From: Phoronis australis
Taxonomy: Eukaryota; Animalia; Phoronida
Assembly (NCBI GenBank): GCA_002633005.1
Contig: NMRA01000495.1
Coordinates: 160,837 to 224,836 of the forward strand
DNA: 64,000 bases
Direction of reading: 5' to 3'
The notes beneath the pieces were generated by a model, which saw nothing but the letters and a program-made list of their open reading frames with translations, did not search any database and was not told where the DNA came from. Of the stretch, positions 1 to 15,200 are shown one piece after another (position 1 is the first letter of the stretch; the number at the start of each line of letters is the position of its first letter). A program made the position numbers and the translations under genes.

Positions 1-117
1 CTTACATTTGGGGTAATGAGCAATGTCCTGAATACAGTCAAAGGGTTCTTTTTCTACCATAAAAGATTCCGGGTAATTCTCTTCAAAGCATTTCTACATT
101 GAACAGCCCACTCCTAC

Positions 118-282
118 CTGAACTTCACTCCATCAATGCTCACTTGCAGCACACAACCACTGAGACCTCGTGCAACACCAGTGCGTGTCATGACACGTGT
201 CATATCTGGAACACCACCAACATGCACGCAGCCATCTGTGTTGAGCGCCTCCAATGATCCTGTGGCTCCACCTTGTGTTGTG
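118..282 (-). CDS. EGF/LamG gene exon 34 (LamG2 C-terminal part)
   Basis: [25 protein letters not shown]...[13 protein letters not shown]; LamG-type (Y/V)xGG and GC motifs; AG/GT sites, phase 2-2. Confidence 0.85.
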
Positions 283-3200
283 CTGAGAAACAAAAGAACA
301 GAGGGTGTAATGGCTGAACAAATTAAAAAGACTGATGTTTACGCTTGCATCTCAACACATTGGTTTCATATTACAATATTGCTTCATTACGTAACAATTT
401 CCACATCCTGAATTCAACTCTCCTCTTCATAGAGGTAAAACATGCATTGCGTGACTGATCGAGTTTTCGTAAGGTAAGAACGGAACTTTTGAGCCAAGTC
501 AGACAAATGAAGAACAATATAGTGTGCCAGCAGTTTACAGCTGTCACACATTAAGTACTCTTAGGACGCGCGGCATTGTGAATAAATGCCGCAGAATTAC
601 AGAAGACATTGTGATATTCTTGAGGTGGCTACTAGAGGATCAGTGTTGGCGAAACGGTGATAATCTGAGATCAGCCTCTGTGCGAATTTAAACCCACAAT
701 CCCCGTGGTGAAAGTCTAACGCTATGCTGGTAGAGTTAAACTTAACATGATAAATCACAAACACACAATGTATTTTAATTATTATTAATTGTTTCATAGC
801 TATGGTCAATGCTAATAACTTATCAAAAGTCAAATCCTTCAATCAATAATCCTAAAAATTAATGCATTTTTCAGTCTTAAACCAACAAAACCAACAATGG
901 CCCTTTAATGACTTACAGAAATGAACATACTTAGAGAAATGATGAGATGTCATCAATTTCTACCACTTCCTAATGAAGACCCAAGGTAACAAGTGGGGTG
1001 ATTTTCACATGGATAAATGAATCGTCTCAATTACTACTCAAGCACTGTGACAGTAACATCGTGATATTAATGTTCCCTATCCTTCAAGTTGAGCAGCTAC
1101 GCAGTAATGGCATTTCTTGCATAATAACTAAGTTATGTTAAAAAACTAAAAAATTCACCTGTAGCCTGCCACGATTAACTGAGCCCGAGTCCCATTCCTT
1201 TCAACAATAGCAGACAACCAAGTGTGCAAAGGTAATAGTTCACTCGTTAAGACACCATCACCGGCACCTGTCAAAATTTAATTCTCAGTTGAAATAACAG
1301 TCATCAGTGACCGCTCAGATGTGAACTGATTTACTATGATAGCAAGCTTTATTATCAATGAGAATGACATATCAAAAGGATGGCTAGGTGTACGGTGAAA
1401 TCTCATCCTTTCAGAGTGGATGATTTTTATTTTTGCAGATACGAAGCATCAAGTCAACTGAAGGAACTATTAGACAATGTTCGGAAATTTGAAGGCAATT
1501 AAAGAAAAAGTTGGTGAAATTCTATGGTATAAGGAAAATGCTGATCTTGTTGAAACATGTGATTATTTTCACAGCGTTTTAAAGATTGATGCATAAATCT
1601 CTCAGTAAGTTGCATTTAGAATCTTGATCAGCCATTTTTGAGATATGATGATGCCAAATTAGCCAAAGTTTGAAGTTTTCCTAGGGTTATTCATAACCTT
1701 AAATGCTATCCGGAACTCGCAAACTCAGTGTTTCAAAGAATTGAACATTAGACCATCACAAAGGCAATGCCAAATTTTGTTTAGTCAACAATTATCTTCA
1801 CTTCATGACCAGAGCTGCATTCCACAGACTCTAAAATTTGTGATCATGCAAGTCTCAGCGAGATATCGCCATGCATTGCAAGAGAAACTGGTGAACACAC
1901 AAGCTTTTCTTGCAGGTGTTTTGCGTCGACGGAATGCTACCCAGGTAATCACGTTTGTGCTAAATAGATTTCATAATTCTAAACATTACATACCAAGATT
2001 AAACTTGAGTTGTAGTCTGTTACTAGTGAGTGCTAGAGACAAGAAATCTCCTGATGGGCTGAGGTTGTTGGACACGTAAAGTAGAACGCCATCTGTTGAG
2101 TCGCTCCGGAATGTCAATGTGACACTGGTCTGACGAAGGTTCGAGGAGAGTGCTGGAGTGCAGTACTTCACGTGGGAGTTGCCATGGAAACCAGTGATGT
2201 TAACATTTGGTTCTAAAAAAATTCTGTTCAATAAGTGCTCATGTAACAACGATCAAATTTTGTTCTATTATTAATGCTTTTAATGCTGTTAAGTTAATGT
2301 TTGCACGAAAGATTTTAAAGCAGCAGTAAGAAGTTGAGACTGTCATATATAATGACCATCAACTTTTTGATATTTCGAAAAACACTAGTCTGTGAGCTAA
2401 ATAATTTAGTAATTTAGGTTACTATGAACAACAACATCAATGAACGTACAACAAAACTTGTCCAAAATTACTGAAGCGTCCATGAATTTGATTTATGGTT
2501 CCTGTCTGTTGGTTAACAGACTAACAAAAGTTCTCCACAACACAAACACAATCTGTGACAGACTACTAGAAAAGCCGAGTCAATAAAATGCCAAACGTTA
2601 GCAGACTAATTATTAGTGGCTGTTGTCTGGCGTGGCCACTGAACGACAAAAAGTTATATGGCAGAGAGCAATAAAACCAAAAGTAAATGGCAGTCAGCGT
2701 GTGGACTCTACAGTAATCTAGCACTTACTTAATCCACAGTCAGGGCCCGCATATCCTAGGGGACAGTGACACCGTTGGCCTCCACTGTCAATATAACAGG
2801 TCCCGCCCAGCTGACAAGGGTTAGAGTCACAGTCACTGAACTGGCAGTCCTTGCCAGAGAACCCTGGGTCACAGCTGCAGTTGTAACCCCCACGGGCACC
2901 CTCATGACAAGTACCACGATTACTGCAGGTTACACCTGCAATATCAGATTCAATTTGAACCCTTTGATTCAATATCAAATACAAATAACCATTCATGCAA
3001 CACTTGATATACATCAGAGGCTTATAAGTTTTTTGAAGAAATGCCGAGTCTCATTTCAATTTAGTGCTGTCATAAAGGAAGCACATTTTGATTGTTTGTA
3101 CAAGTTTTGATGCAACAATTGCGAGATTGACAACAGAATGAAACATAAAAGGCCAGATTCAATTATATGTAACATAGAATAGAAGGACATCTGACTGATA

Positions 3201-6200
3201 TATCTTACCGCGGGTTTATTAGCTTTTAGTCTTATAATAAAACCCCACTTAGTCTAACTACCTGGGCAGGCTGGTTGGAAACAGGAATCAATGTTGTATG
3301 CTTGAAACACATCCTGAAGAAGGTTGAGAGATTGGCCAGAAATCTCCAAAGAATGCACACAACCTGTCAGGTTGGGCACCACGGCACGAACAGCTTGACC
3401 ACCTATAAAATGAATAACATAAACTCATTCACAGCCAAGTTTTTACAACTCCATTTTCTTATACTTATGTAAACTAATTTGAAGTCTTGGTAGTGATATC
3501 CTCCGACAGACATTTGTAAGCAGGTGATAAGTAACGTAGAAAATAAATCTGAAAATAAATAAAGCGATCCGGATCCTCTCAAGGATACTATTGTTTCACA
3601 AAATGAAGAACATAAAATACATTAAATAGGTAAACAAAACAACAAGAATGGATCAACCGAAATTTTCGGATGTAATAACGTCCTTTGTCAACAGAAACAG
3701 AAATAAGGTCTTTATTTAATCTGTTTCTGTTGACAAAGAACGTTATTACATCCGAAAATTTCAGTTGATCCATTCTTGTTGTTTTATTTACCTATTTATA
3801 TTGAGCAGGTGAGACATGTTTACATTTGACCTGACACCTAGTGTCAGGAACAAGAGGAAAAAAAAGAAGAGGGTGAACACTCTCGTGATGAAGACATGGC
3901 TGAAATCTAGGTGCGTAACTGATGCATGCAATTACTGTCCACACAAAGAAATTATCACTGTTGCGCAAAGGAATAATTCAATCATTCAAGCAAAAGACAA
4001 ATTTTGCAGAACATTTGCAAACCAAAAAATAATTTTGTTTTTGTCAACTCAGCTCGTTTGCTTCGTGACACCAGAATTTGAAATTATTTCGACAAGAGAA
4101 GGTTGGATATTCCCTTTTGCAAGGACATAGTTGGATATTCCCTTTTGCAAGGACATAGTTGGAATGGAATACAAAACAATAAACAATTTACTCTGACAGC
4201 AGCAAATGATTGTACGAGCAAGAAATGTTTGAAGTCAACATAACAATGAGTTTGTTTTCAACAGACAAAATTTAATAGTCAAATTTAAACTTAATAGGAA
4301 GTTTTCACGCACAAAAGTCACTCTCAAAATCTTTTACAAACGACACAAATCTATTAATGCTTCATTATTACGTAAGATTTCTTGTATCTTCTTCTGTCAG
4401 AGGAAGTCTCAAATTAAGAACTTACCTATATAGAATGTCCACGTGCCCACAATATCCGACACCGAGAGAGACCTGACTATCGTTTCCATGCCGATCCCCA
4501 AAACAACATGGCTGCTGTTCTGTACCACAGAGACCGTGTGTTGTTCCCCGTCACTGTACGAACTTACAGATCTCATCACAAATTCCGTGGAGAAACCATG
4601 CTGCATGCGGAAGAATACTCGCCCTGACTCGATATTTACTGAGTGATAAAAACTTCCTGTCTCAGCGTGAACAAGGACACCGTTGGCTGCTTTACTGCGA
4701 AAGCTGGCCCGCAGAGAGACCTTGTTGTTCAGGTAGGGCCTGATGTACGACAGATAACCGCTTCCATTAAATCCCGGAGTTGCTACTGAAACACCTAGAA
4801 CAAACAATGACACACTCTCAGAGGTTCAGCAGTGCAAACATGACCAACAGGTGTCACTTAAATGACATTCATTGTGAACTCTCCTTATCATTGTCAATCA
4901 TAACACGTTAATCGTATCAGTTCAGATATCAATGGCAAGACACTTCCGGAGACGAATATTTGTCGGTAGTTTTATATCATTTACCAATTCTAGACAAATA
5001 AGAAAATCAATTACAAAATAAAAAAATGTTGCATTGAATAAAGTTTTGACTCTTCCATATCACAGCAGCCTTATTACTAAGTCTATGTGAACACTTTTCA
5101 CCGCTATTTTAGCAGACAACTACACTCACAGTGTTCAAGTTATCCTTTGTTTTTTCTTTTAAGAAACTACAAAATCAAAACTACACTTCCTCTCCACTTA
5201 CAAGTCAATTGTGACAACAAGAAAATATGCAAATTATGTCTATCAAAGGCCACTTAACCTGTGCTTTCATTTATTGAAGCCTGCGAAACCTAGGATTTTT
5301 CTGAAGCATCTTTCATCTTGCAATTGGTCTCAATGTTCAAAAATACAATTCCATTACGAAGAGGTGAGTTGTGTAGCAGTAAGTGACCTGGTTTTGAGTT
5401 AGCTTTTTGGATGGATAAACAGAAGGACGCGCTACTCAAAAGTTAAATATGGAACTTTTTGTTAAAAAGTCCTAATATTATGCATAACTGGGTAGTTTCA
5501 AGACAAAGTACTTTTCCCCCACTCACTCTGTTCACACCGAACCCCTTTGCGCCCCAGAGGACAATAGCACAAGTAAGATGTGTCAACCACACTGCACAGG
5601 GTGCCTGGAGCCGTGCCACAGGGGTCACCAGAGCACGGGGTCAAGGAACAGTCCACACCAGTGTAGGGGGATGGACAGGTGCAACTAAAACCATTCAGCT
5701 GAAACAATGATATCTAAGTGTTAGGTTAGTTTACACGCAGAATTTACAAGAACAAGGCCGTTAATTCATGATAAAGGCACCTATGTCCCTATTTCTGGAA
5801 TAGTAAGGAGACAACGGGTGGCTTTAAATTCAGAGTGAGAAATATTATCTCACACATATAAAATGCATCCATTCACAAATAAGTCATATGGGCCCTTAGG
5901 CCAGACGCTCCCATGCTGATTTCCGGCAATCTGCTCTGGGGTTATTCAGACATTATAAAGAGAGGTAATTTCTATTCATCAGCATCATCAAAGACTAGCA
6001 TGCCAGAGTATTTCAAGCATTTTTAACTTGTTGTTAAGTGTTCTGCCTTGATTTCAGCGAATGTCCGATAGACAATGGCTAGAATTGGCGATTTGTAACA
6101 AAATCACAAAACAACGGATTTTGAGGAATGTTTTATAACACTGGTCAAAGCTAATAACTTCAGGAAGTCTATCCCATCCCAAAACTGTGATTTGTAAGTA

Positions 6201-9200
6201 AAAATAGTAATGTCCCTTCAATGTCATATCCGCGTTATGATTATAACAAAATAATCTCACTATATCATAACTATTATGACTATAATAAAATGTCATTATC
6301 TCATAACTACAATGACTCTAATTAAAATATTGCCACTATGCCATAATTATGATTATCATCACTCCTAAAACTGCACTGACGTGGTGATGCAGTAGCATTA
6401 CATCTAAAATTTCTCGGTCTATTGAAATAAGCCCGAAGTTGGACTGTAAATTTACCAAGAGATTCTAGACACCATGTTATGATTATGATAAAATGTCACT
6501 AAGTCATAAATACAATGATTCAGTATTTCAGCTAATCACCTGGTCAGCGCATGTACCAGAGTTACGGCAGGGGTTGGGAGAGCAGTCATCGATGTTGACG
6601 TCACAATTAACACCTGTCAGACCAGGTGAGCAAACACACTTGTAACCTGCAATTATTACGAAAGGCTGTAAGCAACCAAATCGATAACGAGTTTGAGTAA
6701 TGGATCCATTGTCCGCATAAATATCCAGAGCTAACAGGATCTGCTGTAAAACACAAAATGAGAAATCCAGAGCTAATGGGATCTGCTGTAAAACACAATA
6801 TAAGAATCGACTCACACACTAAAGAGAAATCGATGTATAAATTACTGTTAATGACGAAAATCGAAAGGCCTGAAAATCAGCGATAAAGATTTGCCAAGCA
6901 ACTGAAATCGATTGAGGTCGTCCCAAACAAATTGCATATATCAAACATAATACATTTAAAGAAACGAGATGAAAAATAAAGATACGAGTTTACCTAATTT
7001 GCAAATATTGCATTTTTTCAAAAGGTTGACAATAACCTACAGCACTAGACAAAAGTAATTGGACAAAATACCGCATCCCCGTCATGATAGCTAAATCTAT
7101 AACAGCAAAAATGACTGGTAATGACTATTATGCCGAGAATGACTAAGCCACCTTGTTAAATTTCCCGTTGATTCCCCTTCATTCTCAGTCACAAGTTCAG
7201 CTTTTGCCCAGGTCATTTTGTCTGAACACTTTTGTCCTGTACTGTAAATGCAGGCCTCCCAAAAGCTTTTCCCCAAAAAAGTACGAAAAAGTAGGAAAAT
7301 ATTCAGTGTTGAGAGGCCTGTAAATGACTCCAGCAGTAATACATGATGCACCAGTTATTTTAAATGGATTTATCACCCTATCAACACTGACCAGTAGGTG
7401 TCACTTGGCACTCACTACCCTGTGAACAGGAAGCAGTGCGACAGTAATCCACCTGTTGGCAACGATCACCGATGTAGTTGTTAAAGCAGGAACACTTGAA
7501 CTGAAGGCTGGACGTACGGTTGTTCAACGAGACGCACAAACCATTGTCACCACATGGTTTGCCTGTAAATGTGGAACAAGACAAGTTAAACATTTTCAAT
7601 TTTTGCTCAAATTTCAAATTGGCAGACTTCATCGCATTTCCCAGTGCTTGAGGTTAAAATCTAACACTCGGATAAATCAAATTCACACAAAAAACTTTGT
7701 AAACTTCAAAAAAAAAAAACACTTGACAATATCCATTCAGAATTAGTTGCCAACAATAAGACCACAAATCTTTAAATTCTCAGAACTGCAGTGAAGAAAA
7801 TACTTAAATTCTGTAATCTAAAGAATGGCCCATGTCTTTAAATTCCACCATTTTCAGTGTAGAACGCGTTTTTATAAATTCACATACTGAGCAAATGCCT
7901 CTTTAAATTCTCTCACCTGCACAGGCATCAGTGAAACCACAGTGCTGGCCAAAGTAGCCTGAGGCACACTGACACCTATAGGCCTGCAGTTGATTGACAC
8001 ATGTTCCACCACTCTCACAAGTCACACCCACGCAGTTGTCTATCAACTGCTCACAGGTGGCGCCAGTGTAACCTCCACTACACGTACACCTGAAAAGCAT
8101 TACAAAAGTAAATCCAATGAAGAAGCATGCACATTGTGCAGGCTATCTTCCGCAAAATCACTTCACCTGATCACAATTTGATTACCAGGTTGTGACCGAA
8201 GGGTCAAAGTGTGTGTGTGTGTCTGCATCTGAACAAGACTATTTCACACATTTGGTAGATCTTAGAAGTGAAATATTTACCTTCGATCACAATTTATAAT
8301 TGCCTGATCCACACGCTCACAAACATATTAACAGCCAATGAATGCAATTCAATTATTACAAGATAAAATTTTTTCCTTTTATCCTGAAATGACCATAACA
8401 TCCCAGGAATATATTTCAAATTTTGAAATTAGGTTTTGGCAATCATTTTTAGTTACAGCACTGAAAAATGTAACCCATTGCAATATAACACTCCAGTTAC
8501 TTAAAGCCACGCCTGAACGCATGTGTGCACAAACATGCAAACACACTCACACGCACACGCACACACACACACGTTATTTAAGAGTCACACACACATACAC
8601 AAACCCGCAAGTCATTGAAATCCTTACTTAAGGCAACACATGTACGCAAGCACACACGAACATGCACACACATGCACGCTTACTTAAAGCCCGCTCCCTG
8701 GTTCTGACAGTAGGCACCATTCTTGCAGGGCGAGGAGTAGCAGTAATTGTAGAACTGACAGTTAACTCCATAGTAGTTTGTAGGGCAGTCGCACGTGTAC
8801 TGGGACCCGTACACGGTGTTGGGTACGCCCCGACAGTTACCACGGAGACAAGGAGAGTTGGCACAGCTGTCCCGTTCAGCGCAGAACTGCCCAGAGAATC
8901 CGGGTGAACAAGAACAACTACAAATTAAGACAGAGGTGATGTCTTTGTCATATTTTAATATTTCTTGTAACAGAGACGTCGCCTTGTCAAATACCAAAAT
9001 TTTTACAGATAACATAGAAATGCATCAAACCATCATTTAACGGAAACAATTTTGGAGCAAATATTTTAAACAAATTCTTTTTTGTTTTACAGTTTGTTGT
9101 CACAAATAAATCAATCCACAAGGAAATACAATCTGAGACTCAAGCTTAAGATTTCTGACAACATGGGAAGGTGTGCAGTTGACTTTCAACTTGTAACCAA

Positions 9201-12200
9201 GACAACTAACCTGTAGGAGTTGATCCTGTCTACACACGATGCCCCATTTTGACAACTATGTCCTACACAGTCATCAATGTTTGTGGAGCAGTCAGCACTG
9301 GTGAAACCTAGAGGTTGAGGAAAAATTAGCAGACGTCAGATTACATTTAGATTCAAAACATGGTGCAGCACAAGTTTTTATCAGATGTTTTTGTAAGAAC
9401 TATTGTGACAATTTCAGGTGTATTTAAAATGCAAATACACCAAATTTTGATGCCAAAAACATATACGTCGTTTGAACCAAACCATTTACCACAATGAAAT
9501 TGCTCCCGAGTAGAACCTTATTCAGATAAGATTTCAAAAGTTTCCAGAGACTGGCCTCGATGATTTACGGGCTGACGTTTACAAAAGCACCAAAAGCAAT
9601 ACGGCTGATAGCTGAATGAGAAAAGCCTGTTCTATTCCTTAACACTAAATGGAGTTACCAGGCTAATAACTCCATCTGAGTGAATTCTTAACAGCTTTAA
9701 ACTCAGTTTATGTGTTTAAAGGAAACAACATCGTTTGGTGCTGTTTGAACAAAATCAAAACTTTTAGTGTTGAAATCACCCCATTTTGTGATAGTTAAGT
9801 TTGAAAACTGAAATCGCAAATTTTCCATGTTGAGTCTGAAAAACATCGTACCGTTTCACGTTGAGTTTGAACAAAATCACTACTTTTCATTACAACTGAG
9901 TTAAAAAAATCTGAATTCCAGTACCTGTGGCACAGGTACATGTATAGGACACAGTAGATCCTCCATCAGAGCAGGTCGCGCCGTTCTTACAGGGCAAACG
10001 TGTGCATGCTGGCAGTAAAGTCTCACAGGTGGCGCCGGTGTAGCCAGCCTTACAGGAGCACTTGAATGTAGTGTCACTAGGTCGAGTGCAAGACCCGCCG
10101 TTCTTACATGGCACAACTGAAAAAAATAAAACAGGGCTGTGAATAGATCCTGAGCAAAGATTATGGTGACCGTACAAACAACTCCAGAATTTACAAATAA
10201 TGCTTACTTAACATGTATGTGCGAACTGAAATAAGAGAATTAAAGACAGGTAGCCAATTTAGCACAAATTCACTTAGGGAAATTATCGACCAGAAAACTG
10301 AGATCTGCCTCAGCACAAAATCGAACCTGCAACCCCTAAGGTTACAGTCTAATGCTATGACGTCGAGCTAAACTCTACTTCGTAAAGGGTAGACTAGTTT
10401 AAGTGTATTTAATTGGTAAAATCATCGGCCTCGATTTCAGCGAATGTCTGGCAGACAATGGTGAGAATTGTTGATCGTAATTATAAAAGCACAAAAAACA
10501 ATGTATTTCAGGAGGCAGTGTGGGCTAATTAGATAAGTGTCCACTTCCTTTACTCAAGGTCGTGGGTTTGTGTCTCACTGGAGCATGCGCTAGAGCCTTG
10601 AGTCAGGTCTCTAGCTCCGCACGTCGGTTCTAAATGATCAGTACAAAGGGCCCATCTGAGTAGCCTGTCCACGTCTGATACAACGTGTATCAGACCGCCT
10701 GCAATTATTTTTAAAAGTATCTTCAAGATGTCAGTAACCCCAAAAGTGCATTTTTTAGCTGAAAACTAATGATGCCCCTTTAAAGCCAAAAGAGCTGCAA
10801 ACCTCCATTCCTGTCAAAACAACTTTTGAAGTCGCCCAATTTTGATAAAAAAAGTAAATATTTTTCTTACTCTTTAGTCTGATAAGAAATGATTTCTTAG
10901 TTTGAGAAGAACTCATAGTTCATTGTTACTTCTAACCACTCCTGAAGTAAGCTTGTCACGGCAGGTTAAATTTAGTCGGCAAAGCAATAGCCTTGTCATA
11001 GGAAGTTTTGGTGTCTTATTGCAACCAATTTCGGTTCAAAAAAAGAAGAAAACCCGATGAACTTGAATGCTTGGAAGAGCATAATACGTATATGAAGACA
11101 CTTGCTTTTATCCCCAGAGCCTGGTTTGTAGTGATTTTGATGGTTGTACATGGTTTAATGAGAACTGACAACATCGAATTTGAAAGAAGCTCATATCACC
11201 CATTCAAATTAGATCGGGGAAATCAAATGTCTGACATGTGACATACAGGGAACTGTTATGTCACGTGCAATACCGATGCATGTTCCAGTAAAATGTAGAC
11301 GTTAATCAACTTCATTTCAAAAGTACCCACTTCTAAAGGACACCTAATTTATTATCTATGGCCTCAACAAGAAAATCATAGAATAGGCTTTAGTTTATGA
11401 TAACTTTTAAACAAACTGGTTCCAAAATATTGACCATACCAGCACAGGGATCGATCAGCTGGCACTGCCTGCCGATACGTCCAGGGGAACATTTACACTG
11501 GAACCTTCCAAAGCCATCTTCGATACAGCTTCCCCCATTGCAGGGGTCGGGATTGCATCCCACCACTGGGGTTTGACATCTGTCTCCCTAAAATGCAGAT
11601 TTAGATAACAGTGATACGCCTTTACTACTAACACATTTGGGAAACATTTAGATAATAATTAAAACCAAAGGGGTACATTTTATCAAAGGTCATACGGCCA
11701 GTTGCAACTTACAGGTGGATGTAGCCACAAGATTGTGAACGCAATAAAACTGCAAAATGCAACTAAATTTTAAATTAAAATTGACTGCAGTCTGTATTTC
11801 CCATACAAAAACCATCTTCATAATCAGACCAATATAATGAACTTTGTCAGTAAAAAAAAACAAAAAAACAACGGTCTCAGAAATGACAGGGTGCATGACC
11901 ATTGACAAAATGGGCATCTGATTACTTGCGCAAATATTGAAGGTCTGAATAAAATAAAAAAACACAGAAATAATCTCAAATTTGCAAATAAAAGTAAATG
12001 TGACATGTTACTGGATGCACATTTTTCAAATGAACAATGAGGTTTTGCTGAAACGTACAGTGTTGATTGCTCTATGTGAACACAAAATATCTCACCACCA
12101 ATACGTACAATGTATCCATTAGCACAGTCGCAAACTGCCTTGCCTTGATACTGGAAACACTGGCCTTTGTTGAGACATGGGTTTGGATTACACAAGCCTG

Positions 12201-15200
12201 CAAACAAAGTAATTCTGTTATAATGTCAACAACTGTACTTGACTGATTTCACCAGTTCTGGTGGGTCAACCGACCACGGCATCTGATTAGTCCGTAACCT
12301 GGAAGTTGTCATCGAGAACCAGTCATATGCCTTTATAGTGTAGACCTGGTGGAGCCGGCAAAGTCAATCAAATACAACCCCTGCGTGAGCGAGAGTACTT
12401 GTCTGAATGCCGTTTTTCACGTGTTAACTCAATCTTCAGGCAGTTTTGTAATCTTAGAAGTTAATACTCTGTTAGCTCCCATGTAAAGGGGTCCAATGTA
12501 AATTTTTAGACTAACAGCAACAACATTGGGTATGAATAACGACACCATTTTGTGAAAAACGACCTTAAAAAATAAACAAACTTAAGGTTATGCAGGATAT
12601 TAGAAACATGTCCAAATCTATCTGACTTTAGAACACCATATCTCAGAAACAGATGATTGGATTCATATGAAACTCTTCCCCAAAACGATGTTAGGTTTTG
12701 TTATAAATTTAAAATGCTCCAATTTCATATGAGGGGCTATTAAAAATAGGATTTTTAAAATTTTTACAAAAAAACTCTAAAGTGTCATAAAACAAAAACA
12801 AAATGATAAGTAAGAAAATGTAACCTCACACTTCACCTTTGACCTGCCAGTGACATTTAACCTTTGACCTGCCAGTGACATTTAACCTTTGACCTACCAA
12901 CAATGAGTTGACAGAGAAGCCCATTGTATCCAGGAGGACACTCACAGAACACACCCACAAAGTCTGCGAAACATGTACCCCCCTGCTGACAGGGGTTGGG
13001 TAGGCACGACTTAATCTCCACATCACAGTTACGACCTAAAACGTGATGAATTTGATAAGTAAGTCACACGCATCTTGGCAAATAGAAACACAGTGACTAT
13101 ACTTCTGAACACTGATTAGGTATAAAACTGAATGCCTAATGGTTTCACAGCTCAACCTTAAACTCCATTTAGCTGGTGTTCTACTACAGCCAAACTGAAT
13201 GTTATTTTGAAGACACCATGAAGAACAGTCACTGTCAGTCTTTAAGAGAGTGGTTCAAACCTTTCATTAAAGGCTGACATTGTTTTTCATCATGTTAGAG
13301 TACTTGCAGTGCACAATGGTGACTAATTTGCAGAAGGCCAAAAAATCTGCAACTTTAAACTAAATTGGATGAAACAATTCGAGATGGTTTCACATGCCAA
13401 AAGCACTGGCTATGATTTCCAGCCCAGACACAGTTTAATTGCGAATAAATAAAAGTCATTGTTAAACAATTTGCTTTATTACAAACAGAAATATAATTAT
13501 TTTTTCTGCTTATTGCAAAGTCGAAACAAAGTAAGATTTGCCTCTAAAACTCATAATTATGCGTCTCAACGCAATACCCACACATCACTTATCTGTGAAC
13601 GGTGCTCACTCACCTGTGAACGGTGCAGCACAGACACAGGTGTACCCGTCCAATGTGTCCAGACACTGTCCACGGTTCTTGCACGGCTTGCTTTCACACG
13701 CGCTCACCTTCTTCTCACAGTTGCGTCCTTAATTAAAAACATCATTCGACTTGACAATAAGTGCACATCTCATTATCCACCCAGCTCGCAACAAAACATG
13801 TCTAACACTTGACTTTGACTATGTGCTACTAGAAAGCTTGCCTTAACTTGTTTCACGCATAAAACTAGCAGTTCCTCATTGCAAAAAGACCTCCGTGGCA
13901 TTCCATAGATACGAAACAATCTTGCAAGAAAGCAACATCACTTGAGCCAAAGGTGACTGTTTCGCGAGTATACTCCGGACCTTAGTGTACTCTTAGACTA
14001 GTAAAAAGCTGACGCAATTGGTTGAGCAGGTTGGAGTGTGAAATTATGAAATAGAATTCATGGATTTCGATCCAAAAGACTTCTCATTGCAATTGATACG
14101 CGAGTATCTTGGGTCTATAGAAAGCACTCCCTGCATGAGAAGTTGGCTTGATGAGCCAATTGTAAGTAGTAAAAATTCAAGTTTGGAATTGTGAAAGAAG
14201 GCAGGCATATCAGGAACTCAAAACAAGGGATGTCTTTAACAAAAATTATAAGACATGGCAAGGATTATTCAAATGCGTGGAATCAAAAAAAATGCCTAAC
14301 CACATTCTTCTGCAGTCACATAAAAAACAAAATACAAAAAATTCCCTAGTTTAAATTTTGAATTTCAAGTGGTAAAACAGAAATTGACAAACTACAATGT
14401 ACATGTGAAGTCTTGTAATTAAAAATAAACATCATTTATCTAGTAATAACAACAGGCAATAAATTAGATTTTTTGAAAATAAAAAACACTATTTTAAAAA
14501 ACAATTACAATAAAACTTTTTTTCAAATTTTTCTCACTTCGAGAGTCATGTCTAACTAGTTGTTACCCTTTTTTACTTATTTTAGACAGGAGATTTAATC
14601 AGTGTATACACCTCCCTTAAGGGTTTTCAAAATTGTATGTTTCTATTGAAGAATGCATTTAAGTCCTCTAAATACTAAGGAAAAACATCTATTTATAAGA
14701 AAGTGCTCTTTAAGTTGTCGAAACACACAGAAAGACATAGGTAAACCTCTGGCTTCCTAGGAATTAAATATCCGAAACGTTTCGTGAGTTGTGAATAAAC
14801 CAGTCAGTTATCAGTATCACCCCTAAGATGCTTCTGACAGTCAAGAACTTCAGGCAGCAAAATGAAATAACATTTGACAGTTGGGAATGAACAGCATTGT
14901 GGGAGGACGTGTATGCGTACCTGTGTAGTCCGGCTTGCACCGACAGGAGTAGACATCGCCGTTATCACTGCAGGTGGCATTGTTCTGACACGGTGATGAA
15001 TCACAGGGCAGGATACGAGTCTGGCAAGTGGCACCTGAGTCATAAAATAGTGCAATATACACACTGATGTTCATACCTCTGAGAATGAGAATTTATAATT
15101 AATTGAATCAGTCTAAGTTACAAGAAGCTTTCGATCCCGATCTGTTGCATTTCCAACTAGAAATTGGTCATGTCGGGAGTGTCGCCTGGTGCTGGCATTG

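Noticed and set aside
10300-10372. tRNA-Tyr-like gene on the minus strand
   Set aside because: D-loop GG and T-stem pairing are degraded; it is part of a dispersed repeat.
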